NCBI RefSeq assembly: GCF_006345805.1
Contig: NC_043002.1
Location: 6,572,001 to 6,636,000, forward strand
Length of the DNA: 64,000 nt
Direction of reading: 5' to 3'
Source of the DNA: Octopus sinensis
Taxonomy: Eukaryota
The notes under the pieces were generated by a model. The model was not told the origin of the DNA and searched no databases. It was given only the letters and a program-made list of their open reading frames with translations. The first letter of the stretch is position 1, and every line of letters starts with the position of its first letter. The translations under genes were made by a program, and so were the position numbers. Shown here piece by piece: positions 26,808 to 39,911 of this stretch.

Positions 26808-27119
26808 CAACGTGATCACCGTGACCGACCAGGCTATCAGAGGTTGCTACACATTGCTGGTCACAATGCGCTTCGCATTGTTTTAGCCTTCAAATGACGC
26901 CACCCCGCTGGCTAAGCGAGCAGGCCAACAGAAGAAAGAGTGAGAGAAAGTTGTGGCGAAAGAGTACAGCAGGGATCGCCACGACCCCCTTGCAGGAACC
27001 TCGTGGAGCTTTAGGTGTTTTCGCTCAATAAACACTCACAAAGCCCGGTCTGGGAATCGAAACCGTGATCCTGCGACCGCGAGTCCGCTGCCCTAACCAC
27101 TGGACCATTGCGCCTCCAC
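26808..27119 (-). mobile_element. Full-length group C SINE (tail type 1)
   Basis: Reverse complement of the 11756 element; 12-bp TSD ACCTGGGAATAT at 26796 and 27120. Confidence 0.9.
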
Positions 27120-27450
27120 ACCTGGGAATATACTAGGCCATAATTACAAACTTAACCACCTTTTAAACGATCACACTGCAAAAAGAAAATAAATTGAACC
27201 AAATAGATTAAAAAGTACAAGTCAATCATCTCTACATAACTCCTCTAAAGAATAAACTAAAATATACGAATAACACATAAACTAATCGACGTAGATACAA
27301 TAAAACCATGAACACTGTCGAATATCACCAACGTATTCAGAAACAGACGAAATAATATCATACGATAATCAAATATGTACACTTAACGACCAAATACACA
27401 TACATATTCTAAATCAGATATGATTACTGATTGAACCACAACTAAAAAAA

Positions 27451-27814
27451 TCTCTATATATATAAACGCCAAAATGTCTGTGTGTGTGCCCTTTATACAA
27501 ATCCACAATTTTTCAGTTAGAGGGCTCGCACTTTCTATTGTCATTTAAAACCGTCCAAGGGTGGTTGTGCACATCTTTACATTTCCCCAGTCACCCCGCA
27601 AAGCCATTAAAAATTCAATAGAAGTGACTTTTTTGTGAATTTTCTATCCAAAACCCAATCAATATGCCCGAAACTTGATACGTCAATTGAATGCCAGCTA
27701 GCTGTATGTGATTGGTCAGAGATTTGGACAGTACTCGCGTGTATGTGTGCACGCACGCAGCTGCATATGCATGCACTAGCACTATGACACGGCGTTGCTG
27801 GGTCATAGTGCTAG
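27451..27814 (+). mobile_element. Non-autonomous Helitron
   Basis: A|TCTCTATATA start; ends CTAG|T with a 14-bp perfect inverted repeat ACTAGCACTATGAC/GTCATAGTGCTAGT. Confidence 0.75.
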
Positions 27815-28198
27815 TCTTAAATAATTCATAATAGGGAATGACATTACTAAATAAATAATTTAATAATTCCACCCAAAAATTAAAATTTCTACTCACTGGA
27901 AAACCTGTTCTAAAGCTTTATCTCCTCCACATGCTATGACTAAAAAAGCCGGATTCAAGCTCAATGCGGCTGAAGTGACAGTAACCTTCCGATAAGAAGC
28001 ATAGAAACAAGTACTGGGCAATCTAACCTATACGCAATCTATCTAAGCATAACTATTTGACTGTAAAAGCACTTCATATCGAATTCTATAATTCTATGCT
28101 TCCACGCATACCGAACCACTTTTATTATACGTAACATTTTAAGTCAGTCTTGAGTTGTGAACCAAACTTTTTCTTTATTCCTTCAAAAATATTATACA

Positions 28199-29096
28199 CA
28201 GGGGTTGGACAAAATAATGGAAACACCTAACATCATAGCATCATAATTTTGGAATATCTATAAAACCGTCAAAAGCTTGTTTATTTTTATTTTTGTTGCT
28301 TTATTATTAGTGTTGTATAATATGGTTTGCTACAATTGCTGTTTCTTTTCAGATATCATCAGAAAAAGTAATTAAAATTCATTAAAATGGCAGATCTATC
28401 GGACTTTCAAAGAGGTTAAATTGTTGGTGCTTGTATGGCAGGTGCTAGCGTAACGAAAACAGCCGAAATGTTTGGTGTATCAAGAAGTACTGTATTGAAA
28501 GTAATGACAGCTTTTGAAAAAGAGGGAAAAGCCTCCTCGTCGAAACAAATCTCCGGAAGTAAACCAAAACTTTTAGATAGGGACCGTCAGACTCTCACGC
28601 GAATTGTTAGAAAGGATCTCAAAAGTACAGCTCCCAAAATTACTGCATCGCTTAATGACCACCTCGAGAACCCAGTTTCCACAAAAGCTTTTCACCGGGA
28701 GCTGCACAAAGCCGGATGTCACAGGAGGGCTGCAATCAGAAAACCACTACTTTCAAAAATAAACGTTGCAAAGAGATTAGAGTGGAGTAAAGACCTACAG
28801 AATTGGTCCCCAGAGCAGTGGAAGACTGTTATTCTATAGTTGCGGAACTGTTTCTGGAGGGAAACGCAATTGAACATTTATGGTGCATTTTGGAGAAATA
28901 AATAAGGAGTCAATATCTTCCAGCATCATCACTACAAGAACTGGAGACTGTTTTAGCTGAAAAACAATTCAAACTTTGTACGAGTCCACACCTCGTAGAA
29001 TTCAAGCTGTAATTACTGCTAAAGGTGATCCTACCCCATATTAAAATATATTTGTTTAAAATTTTAAGGTGTTTCCATTATTTTGTTCAACCCCTG
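28199..29096. mobile_element. Internally deleted Tc1-like transposon with both TIRs
   Basis: TIR CAGGGGTTGGACAAAATAATGGAAACACCT / AGGTGTTTCCATTATTTTGTTCAACCCCTG followed by TA. Confidence 0.9.
28387..29044 (+). pseudogene. Tc1 transposase pseudogene (HTH domains and C-terminus kept, DDE core deleted)
   Basis: MADLSDFQRG*IVGACMAGASVTKTAEMFGVSRSTV...RRAAIRKPLLSKINVAKRLEWSK...WKTVI; C-terminus LYESTPRRIQAVITAKGDPTPY*. Confidence 0.9.
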
Positions 29097-29594
29097 TATA
29101 TCCCGAATACGCTAGAATTTTTAAATTAATCTTTTAGTACAAAAGCGTCTTAGGTGTAATCATTTCTTTAATTAGGTTTAGAGCGCTAAAACTTTCTGTT
29201 TTCATTCCATAGTTCTTGTATCAAACCAAACTAAACCAAACCTATCACTATGATTTCAACGTTTAATATAGTGGAAATCATTCCATATTTATGCAAATAC
29301 CATTATTCTTATATCGAGAGCACACCTAAATTTCTAAGCTAACCTTTGACATTAAAACCCTGAATGATCATTCACTTTGTTAAATTTTTACTCCCTTATA
29401 CCATTAAATCAACGTTATTAAGTATTTTCCAAAATCTTATAATCTCTGCTGCGTACACATTAATTCACATTTAATGAAGTAAACAAATTTCATCATACGG
29501 CACATCTGTGATCTTAAACTTGAATTAATTGGTTTTTCATCGTGTAAATTATTAACCAAAAGCCCATTCCATACATGAATCGCAACGTCTAGGT

Positions 29595-29946
29595 CACGGG
29601 TTCTCAAACATTTTTTTCTTAATCTATGACCCCTTTGATTGTTGTTTTATTCTGGAGGACCCCTAGAGCGATTTGATGTTTTAGAACTAGTTTTGTATAA
29701 ACCTCTTTCAAAATACCTATTTTTTTCACACATTAACTTGTGTAGGTTGAACTATGTAAAATGTCAGAGAAAAAAACCAAACTGTTTCTTGCAATATATA
29801 TCAATGCATACATCTACAGCAAAAGTTTTTCAGGGTCTCTTAAAATGTTATTTTGGATCCTCATTTCCCTATTTTGTCACGTTGACCCTATGCCCGCCCC
29901 AACAAAAAATCTTAGTGATCATATAAACCCCGGTTGAGAACTACAG
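29595..29946. mobile_element. hAT (Charlie-like) MITE
   Basis: Degenerate TIRs CACGGGTTCTCAAA / GTTGAGAACTACAG; 8-bp TSD GTCTAGGT/GTCTAGAT. Confidence 0.65.
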
Positions 29947-30739
29947 GTCTAGATAAGTAACTTTACTAACTTCCTTAATTCTTGCATTGTCATCTAAATC
30001 TCAGCTGTATTCTGCATAACATGCAGTAAATACTCGAAAAACTCGAAATTAGGAACGAATATGGCATCAAAGTATGTATAACATCCATTAAGTTGCCTAA
30101 CCAAGCCTAAATTCTTTTCACATAATTCTCTTAGAAAACTGTAGCCGCACCATCCTAAATAGAGATACGTTAACATATGACGACAATTACACACCATCAA
30201 TCATATACACACTTCGAAACTTCCTAAAACATGGTTCGTAAAAGAGACAAACATACAATACATAGTAAAACTGTTTAACTCTTTCAACTTTTATTAATAT
30301 TGCAATAATGCTGGAGGCAATGGCTGGTCAATATAAAAAAAGGACTCAATGAAAATTTCTGTGATGTAACGAAGGCATATCTATTGAAAGAGGAGTCCAT
30401 CGTTGCTGCACCTGTACAAAAGAATATGGGTTCCTAGCAGGACTGGGAAGTCAAATACTGTTGCTAATGATTAAGGAAATAATAACACGATGACATTACA
30501 TTAATCGAGATCAAATTGTAGCCAACACGGGTGCATATAATTTTTTTTTCTTTTTCTTTTTACAGTAAGGTTGTGAAGGAAAGCATATTGCTTTAAATCT
30601 TAAGATGGTCTAGCAGATATTCCTTGATCCAGATATCGTGGTCATTTGTAGTGCTTGAGTTAAGGAGTTGCATCTACTCCTCAAGAACCCAACTTCAAGC
30701 CCACTTTGCTCCAGCGAGTTGATACGTGTATCTATGTAA

Positions 30740-30903
30740 ATATGTATGTATGTCATTATTCAGTTTATTTGAAGATTTCTTGCCAATAGAGAAAATACCG
30801 GTTTCTAACCTAGATCCAAGGTTCCTTCATTGGAATTGCAACATCATAAACAGGGTATTTTTGTATGTATGTATGTATGTATGTATGTATGTATGTATGT
30901 ATG

Positions 30904-30934
<31 letters not shown>

Positions 30935-30967
30935 GTATGTATATATGTATGTATGTATGTAAGTATG

Positions 30968-31001
<34 letters not shown>

Positions 31002-31333
31002 TGTATGTATGTATGTATGTATGTATGTATGTATGCATGCATGTATGTATGTATGTATGTGTGCATGTATGTATGTATATATGTATGTATGTGCAAATTT
31101 GTATGTTTTATGTATGTATTCTCCTGCATATAGTTACATATCTAGACACCATCGTATATATTTACATGATAAATTTCTGGAAAGTTTTACAGATTTTTAG
31201 TTTCAGTGATGGATTGGATCTGTAGTCTTCGACTTAGCTTTCTCCTTTCTGGTTTTGAGAAGCCTAATTTCTCAAGATTGGTATGTAGGCAGCGTGTTAT
31301 ATATACCAGAGCCCCAATAATTACAGGTATAAA
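30740..31333 (-). mobile_element. 3' end of an R4/Dong-like (RLE-type) non-LTR retrotransposon embedded in (TATG)n
   Basis: Minus strand FIPVIIGAL (31307-31333) and LEKLGFSKPERRKLSRRLQIQSITET (31199-31276), resembling the PxxIGALG...LQ...GT C-terminus of RLE LINEs. Confidence 0.6.
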
Positions 31334-31590
31334 TTCGGCGAATTTATTTGCATACATGCATACTCATCAGTTAAAATTAAAATATAGTATTTGGTGTCGA
31401 ACTATAATAAAGTGATTTAGAGACCTGACGATTGGGGTCGCGTTTTAAGAAATGTTCCTGTAAAACACTGCGTGCTTAAGGAACCGTAAAAGAACCTCAA
31501 GATACACGTGTAGCAGAGATTTAGAAATGAGTAGTAAGTATTAAAATAAAATTCTTTTATATGGTGTGATGATGGGGACTGCTATCTCTA

Positions 31591-31632
<42 letters not shown>

Positions 31633-32179
31633 CACTAGGACTTACTCCATTTCATTCTTGCGCAACTCTACTAAGTTCTTTCGCTAGCTGCAAAGCCCTT
31701 TCTGCTGTATTTGTGGAAATACGCTTACTGATATTTTTTATTACAGACAAGACCGGTGCTAATGTAGAAAACACCCGTCAAAGGCATATGTCTTCTAATA
31801 TTATCCATGCAAAATCATTTGGAATTATATTGTAACAATCGTTTAGACTTTGTATAGTCGTTCTGAAATGATATTTTAATCCCTATCCTGTGGCATTTCT
31901 TATGGCTGCCGCAATTGCGTTTATAACTGCAGCACCCCTTGAAAGTCTATGTATGCATCTACAGATACGCTCACACATATATGCACAGCAGAGGTGCTAG
32001 AGGTGCACTGAAATGTTCCTGGTTTTAGGGGAATAAACAGGAGGAACATATTCCCCTCTCAGATTCACATACATCTTGCAGCGGTCCTTCACTGTTTCTG
32101 AGCTCTATAAAAGAATTCGGAATGCTGGGTCTTCCTTTCGCGACACCATTAAAGTTAATAACTTTCCAGTCCCATCGTG

Positions 32180-32218
<39 letters not shown>

Positions 32219-32371
32219 TTATATATATATATATTATGTATGTATATTGTATCTATATTATATATATATTTATATGTATGTATATATATATACATACATA
32301 TATATATAATATATAATATATATATACATATAAATATATATATATATAATATATATAATATATATACATAT

Positions 32372-32420
<49 letters not shown>

Positions 32421-32454
32421 ATATATTATATATATATTATATGTATGTATAAAC

Positions 32455-32679
32455 TTAGATAAACTTAGATGTGTTTCGACCAATGATTGGTCCAGGCCAT
32501 GTCTAAATTAATAGCACCACCTGATAGGATTATTTGAATCCTGTTTATTTGAAGTCAAATTTTGCTTATGGTCCATTCAAGTAGTGAGTTCTTGTTGGGT
32601 GAGTTGTATCCAATTATGGGTGGCTTATCTGGTATTCTTTGAAGGAATCTATCCAGACTCCGTTTAAAGTTGATGGGAT

Positions 32680-32682
<3 letters not shown>
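32455..32682 (-). mobile_element. 3' end of a CR1/L2-group LINE
   Basis: 32555-32682 translates [42 protein letters not shown], matching the FKxxLDxFLxxIPDxP...NSL C-terminus; short tandem tail (ATCTAAGTTT)2. Confidence 0.75.
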
Positions 32683-32725
<43 letters not shown>

Positions 32726-32758
32726 TATATTATATATATATAATATATGTATGTATAC

Positions 32759-32891
<133 letters not shown>

Positions 32892-33115
32892 ATTCATATA
32901 TATATGTATATAAACATACATATATGCATATATATGGACCTTTGGATTTTACTCAAAGGATATTGGAATATTACACATATATACCATTATGCCTATAAAA
33001 ATGGATTTATGAATTCAATAACCATACATATCTTACATCTATTTTCTTTCCTCCACCTCACTCTCTATTTGTATCACATCGAAACTAACTATGACTTAAC
33101 CTTTCCTCTCACACC

Positions 33116-33170
33116 GTCTCCGATGAAGGGACATTATTATTAATTAATATTCTAGAAACAGCTGTAAGAC
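33116..33170 (+). ncRNA. Variant type I hammerhead motif (U4C) in a Penelope-like terminal region
   Basis: GTCT-CCGATGA-AGGGAC...TTCTA-GAAA-C AGCT GTA-AGAC: stem I GTCT/AGAC, palindromic ACAGCTGT stem III, imperfect stem II. Confidence 0.55.
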
Positions 33171-33261
33171 CTTCTATCTATAAATGCTCTAATATCTATA
33201 CACCCTTGGTTTTTTTATCCCATTACGCAAACAATTTCATATATATATACATATAAATATT

Positions 33262-33319
<58 letters not shown>

Positions 33320-33838
33320 GCATATATACATATATGTATATACACATACACATAAATGCTACATTAATATAAGCCCATACTTAATATTTGTATATATATA
33401 TGTTGCCTCGAAATATTAGTTTACACGTGATTTTCTCAACTATCAAGATTCAAAAAGAAGCAGTATTTGTTTCCCAGTAGAAACATAGAACGATTACACA
33501 CTCTCTCTCTCTTTCTCTCTACCTCCCTCTCAGTCTCTCCCTCAGCCTCTCTCTCATTCACACACATTCACACACATACGCTTATACGTATTAAATATTT
33601 CTAAATGCTTACTAATAATTTAAAACAAATATTCACATATATGTTGTCAGGTGTACATATATTTGTTTCAGACACGTATAAATGTATAATACATGTATGT
33701 ATGTATGTATGTATGTATGTATGTATGTATGTATGTATGTATGTATGTATGTATGTATGTATGTATGTATATATGTATATATGTATATATATATATATAT
33801 AGATATAGATACACACACACACACACACACAACACACA

Positions 33839-33875
<37 letters not shown>

Positions 33876-33917
33876 CGGGTGTATAGAGACACACATATGC
33901 ATGCACACCTATCTATA

Positions 33918-33975
<58 letters not shown>

Positions 33976-34355
33976 ATATTACATGGTTATTCATATATGC
34001 ATGGTGTATTTGTATGTGTATACTCACACATATGTATATATGTATGAATTCATTAATCTACGTACGTATATATGTATGTAAACATAAACTTTTATGTATT
34101 TGTATGTATGTATCTATGTATATTTGTATGGCTGTGGAAAGATAGAGTTGATTGTGTTGGGGAAAGATTGAAATCAAGTTTGACCTATATTCTGACAAGA
34201 GGAACTCAGTTGATAATTCCATAATTCCTGCCGTTATTTAAAACCAAAAAGTATCAAGTTTTTGAATACCACAAGAGAAATAAAAATTTCAAAAAAAAAC
34301 TTTTGAATGCTATGAAAAAAATGGAAATATCAAAACAGCCTTTCATTTATTTCAC

Positions 34356-34401
34356 TATATTATTATAATTATTATTATTATTATTACTATTATTATTATT
34401 T

Positions 34402-34432
<31 letters not shown>

Positions 34433-34452
34433 TATTAGTGTTGTTGTTGTTG

Positions 34453-34502
<50 letters not shown>

Positions 34503-34517
34503 ATATTATCATTATTA

Positions 34518-34548
<31 letters not shown>

Positions 34549-34550
34549 AA

Positions 34551-34589
<39 letters not shown>

Positions 34590-34668
34590 GTGTTGTTGTT
34601 GTTGTTGTTGTATTATATTATTATTATATTATTTATTATTATTATCATTATTATTGTTATTATTATTA

Positions 34669-34700
<32 letters not shown>

Positions 34701-34713
34701 GTTATTATTATTG

Positions 34714-34767
<54 letters not shown>

Positions 34768-35006
34768 TTATTATTGTTATTATTATTATTATCATTATTA
34801 TTATTATTATTATTATTGTTATTATCATTATTTCTTAATTTCTCACGAGGGAAACATATTCGCCACACGAATTAGGTACAACACGCTATTTTTTCGTATT
34901 CGCTGTAAAAAAGTACAATAATTCTCTGATAAGTGAAATATCCAAATATGATAACAACAACAACAACGACAACAACAGCAATAATAATAAGAAGAAGAAG
35001 AAGAAC

Positions 35007-35046
<40 letters not shown>

Positions 35047-35054
35047 TAATAATA

Positions 35055-35119
<65 letters not shown>

Positions 35120-35149
35120 AATAATAATAATAATGATATAATAATAATG

Positions 35150-35207
<58 letters not shown>

Positions 35208-35385
35208 TAGATTGTTTCATCTCAACAGAACATGTTTCTAATCGTGGTCATTGTTGTCATAATGGCCGTCGTCACCGTCCTCTTCCTCCTCCTCCTGATC
35301 CCCCTCTTCCTTCTCATCATCACCATCCTCCTCCTCCTCCTCCTCCTCCTCCTCCTCCAAATCATCATCATCATCACCATCATCC

Positions 35386-35419
<34 letters not shown>

Positions 35420-35520
35420 TATCACCATCATCAATACCATCATCATCATCATCATCATTATCCTCATCAGCCTCGTCGTCGTCGTCGTCATCATCACCAT
35501 CATCAACAGCAGTAGCAGCA
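34356..35520. repeat. (TTA)n block, short unique spacer, (AAT)n block, then (CAT/CCT)n
   Basis: Direct reading; explains the poly-I/L/N/H pseudo-ORFs. Confidence 0.95.
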
Positions 35521-36049
35521 ACTGCTGCAGAGGCCGCTGCCGCATATTATTGCTAAGATTATAATTGTTGTTTTATAAATGTTATTGTTCTTTGTGTTCT
35601 TCAAACGAAAGAAAAAAAAATTAGGGGTTATTTGGAAACTTTTTAATTAGACGCACACAGACGTAGCCATGATTGTGATGTTCTCTGCGCGTTTGTATTT
35701 TGCAACCAGCTTTCAATGTATTTCTGTATTTCATTTCATATAGGTGCATATGTGTGTGTGTGTTTCTGTGTGAGCGCGTGTGTATGTGTGTGTGTGTGTA
35801 TGTGTGTGTGTGTGTGTATGTGTGTGTGTATGTGTGTGCGGGCGTGTGCTCCTGTTTGTGATTTTTTAATTCTTCCATTGATAACTCCCTGGAGAATATG
35901 TGTTTAGTTATTAATCTAATTGATGTTTTTATACTATAAAGAGAAATCTGTTTTTGAAAATGTGAAGATAAAAACATAAAATATATGAACATATATAAAC
36001 ACATACATCTACATATGCATATACATACATATATATACATAATATATGA

Positions 36050-36080
<31 letters not shown>

Positions 36081-36088
36081 ATATATGA

Positions 36089-36129
<41 letters not shown>

Positions 36130-36200
36130 GTATATATATATATATATATATTATATATTATGTATATATATGTGTGTATATGCATATGTAAATCTATCTA

Positions 36201-36269
<69 letters not shown>

Positions 36270-36911
36270 ATGTGTGTGTAATTGTATGTATGTATATATT
36301 TATATTCATACACGTGTGCTCACGCATTCTACATACATATATACAATCATTTGAAATTTCGCTCGGAAATACGAGGTGTATGATGGAAAATGTAATGTGT
36401 GAATAAAATTTACAAACAAGCAAAAATATTCGCTGAAATCAAAGATAAACAACGAAAAAGATCAGTTAATACAACAATATAGCTATGAAATTAATGAAAT
36501 CCTTCATGTATTCTATTGTAGAAATGGATTGTAAATGTATTAATACGCCGACAGATTACCACCTGATGGCTTTTGTACTAATATTAATTCCATCATGCAT
36601 TATGATCATATGAATATTTACAACATTAATTTCGCGTTTTTAAATATCTAAGTGTTTCACAATCGACTTAGATATTAGATCGATCAAATACTTCACCCTC
36701 CGCTCAAACGTACTCTTGTAGCACATATGTGGAGATGTGGAGATGCGTTTGTATATACCCCCATAGAAACAAGCAAACATTTCCGCTCGTACATATACAC
36801 ACACACAAATACATATGGTTGTATGTATGTGTGTGTAAGTATGTATGTATGCATGTGTGTACATTTATATATATGTATATAAATATATATATATACATAT
36901 GTATATATATA

Positions 36912-36949
<38 letters not shown>

Positions 36950-37285
36950 TATAATATATATATATGTATATGTAATATATATGTATGTATATATATATAT
37001 ATGTATGTATATATGTGTGTGTATACATATATATGCATAGATAGATAGCTTACTAGATAAATAGATAGAGAGAGAGAAATAGAGAGAGACAGACAGATAG
37101 ACAGACAGACAATCGGATGGATAGATGGGTACATACGTACTTGTAGATACATACGCTTGAAAAGCGTTTAAACTTAAATTTCAAATTGTTAATTTTGTTC
37201 AGTAAAAACCAAACATCTGTGCGCTAATTGCTCTCAAATTACTAGTATCCCTCCATGGGCTATCATTAACCATATTACATTCAAG

Positions 37286-37514
37286 GCGGCGAGCTGGCAG
37301 AATCGTTAGCACGCCGGGCGAAATGCTTAGCGGTATTTCGTCTGTCGTTACGTTCTGAGTTCAAATTCCGCCGAGGTCGACTTTGCCTTTAATCCTTTCG
37401 GGGTCGATTAAATGAGTACCAGTTACGCACTGGGATCGATGTAATCGACTTAATCCCTTTGTCTGTTCTTGTTTGTCCCCTCTGTGTTTAGCCCCTTGTG
37501 GGTAGTAAAGAAAT
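37286..37514 (+). mobile_element. Full-length monomeric group A SINE
   Basis: 14-bp TSD ATATTACATTCAAG at 37272 and 37515. Confidence 0.9.
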
Positions 37515-38572
37515 ATATTACATTCAAGTATTACAAAGTGTAACAAAATTTTCGTTTTCTTTTTGTCTTTGGTCAGTAAGCGTTATTTCCTATTTGCTTC
37601 TACTTCTATCAGGAATGAAAAGAAATGACTAATATTCCCTTCAAACTTTGCTGTAGTGAGCTGGACATCAATGTTTTGAAACCGACCTATTTTCCATTAC
37701 ATTTTTCAGAGATTCAATGCCGGGTTGCTGAAGCAGAGATATCGTTATAGCAAATATTCTGTTCAATACTTCAGGTTTGCTTATCAGTTGCTTGACCTTA
37801 ACCTCTTGAGAATGTTCCTTTTAACAATATAGGCATCGCTGACCGTGAGCAGAAGTAGCGGGGGAGCAACGTAGGCATATGTATATTAAGAGGGATTCTT
37901 TGAGGCTTGAACAAATGTAACAAAAGTAAAGTTCGAAGGAAATATTACCCAGATTACATACTTTTTAGGGGTAAGTCAATAGGAAATAAAAGTAGCTACC
38001 CAAACACAAAATTCGTATTACATAATACTATAGACTCGTATGATATTCACGAGTATACCCCATTAACTTTCTTTGTCTTTTAGAAACAGCAAGTTATATA
38101 TTACGTTTGCTTCATCTATATCAACATAATATCAGACAGTTATTTAATCCCAATTCATTCACATTATTTGATATGAGCCAACTGAACAAGTTTCTTCTTC
38201 CTTTCTCAGCCTCTAAGAAGTAGCAAAAAAAAAAACTGCCTCACATAACCTTTTTGGACAAAATTTAATAAGTAAATATCCGGGTTCTGGATACAGTGTG
38301 TGGATGGCAAGAAAAAACAGACATCAAATGCGGAATAATTATTGTTAGCAAACCTTTCATCATCGGTGTATTTAATCAGAATTCACATACGGCTAAACAA
38401 TCAAAGCAGTAATACTTTTGGTTATATTGCCTCCATCCTGTGACTGAACAGAGAAGCAGAGTTATCATGCATTGTATGTTCTTCTTGTCTTTTTATATTT
38501 TTAATTCTCATTAACTCCTCTATTTGCTATATATTATTTAAGTATGTTTTCAATGGGCAAGATTTAGCCTGT

Positions 38573-38796
38573 ACGTAGGCCATATGCGGATATATTCCCG
38601 AGTTGTTGGGCCTCAGTCCTATTCTTTCTCTTAGTGTATAGTTTTAAAATCCGTCTATGTTTGGTCCTAGCTATAGGGAATTGTGCTTTCATGTGGTTAC
38701 TAGGACCAACTTAGACAGATTTTAAATCTATACACTAAGAGACAGAATAGGACAGAGGCCCAACAAGTCGGGAATATACCTGCATATGGTCTACGT
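38573..38796. mobile_element. TA-flanked foldback MITE (~97-bp arms, 29-bp spacer)
   Basis: 38573-38670 pairs with 38700-38796; ends TA|CGTAGGCC...GGTCTACG|TA. Confidence 0.8.
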
Positions 38797-38869
38797 AAGC
38801 GCATGTAAGGCACGAGGAACGGAGAAGTGTTATGCCTTCCAACAGATAAGTCCGGCAGGATGTAAACCG

Positions 38870-39353
38870 ACAGCTTGCCGAACTACATCCATCGTTGCCA
38901 GACATAGGGTCTTCCAGCAGCCACCATCTTACCCAGGACAACACTACCTCCACCAAGCACTTGATGTCGGCCTCCGTGTTGAGTCTGAGGCTGTGTGGTA
39001 AGATGAATGGCGGCATAACGTCGCCATCACTAGTGATCACTCCAAATACCATAATGTTGACTGGATGTTTGATTTTTATCACTCTCGCTACATGTTCCCC
39101 GATTGCACTGTCCTCAGATTGACACCTAAACACTCTGGAATATTCGTATTAGAGCTTTTGGTGTGAATGCCAAGCAATACAGCATGACGTTTTCCAATTT
39201 CTGGTAGAGTGAATTGCGTCATGGCACTCATTCTCTCATAGACGGTATCCAGCTGACCCTACTATACTGTGTAGTCGACAAAATCAAAAAGAAGTAATGC
39301 GAATGCACGAAATAAAAAGCATAAAATGGCGACAATTTACCCATTGTACCCTG
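38870..39353 (-). mobile_element. Internally deleted maT/DD37D-like Tc1/mariner element
   Basis: TA|CAGGGTACAATGGG 5' TIR; ATG at 39222 gives MTQFTLPEIGKRHAVLLGIH...LGVNLRTVQ, joined to KHPVNIMVFGVITSDGDVMPPFILPHSLRLNTE...VAAGRPYVWQ. Confidence 0.8.
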
Positions 39354-39479
39354 TATATATATATATATGCATGAATATATATGAGTCTGTATGTATCTAC
39401 GTATATATGCACGTATGTATGTATACATGTATGTATGCACATATATATATGCATATATATATAATATATATATATATAT

Positions 39480-39544
<65 letters not shown>

Positions 39545-39872
39545 CATACATATATATATATATATATCTATATATATATATATATATACATACATACAAA
39601 CATATATATATATATATATATACAATATATATATATACATATATATATATAATATATATATATATACATATATATATACATATGTATGTATACATATACG
39701 CATAGATATGTGTATATACATGCATACATACATACATACATACATACATACATACAAACATATATATATATACATTGATATAAATATAGTTTCAGATATA
39801 TAATATATACATACTTACGTGCACACATACACATGCGTGTCTTATGCGTGCATATGAGTCGTTGTGTGTGTG

Positions 39873-39911
<39 letters not shown>

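Noticed and set aside
30790-30840. Minus-strand CCAATGA...AACCT/AGGTT...GAAAC CG GTA hammerhead look-alike
   Set aside because: Two core mismatches and no stem I pairing.
32076-32309. Possible host exon after TTGCAG (QRSFTVSELYKRIRNAGSS...)
   Set aside because: No recognisable protein family, no convincing donor site, and it runs into a microsatellite.
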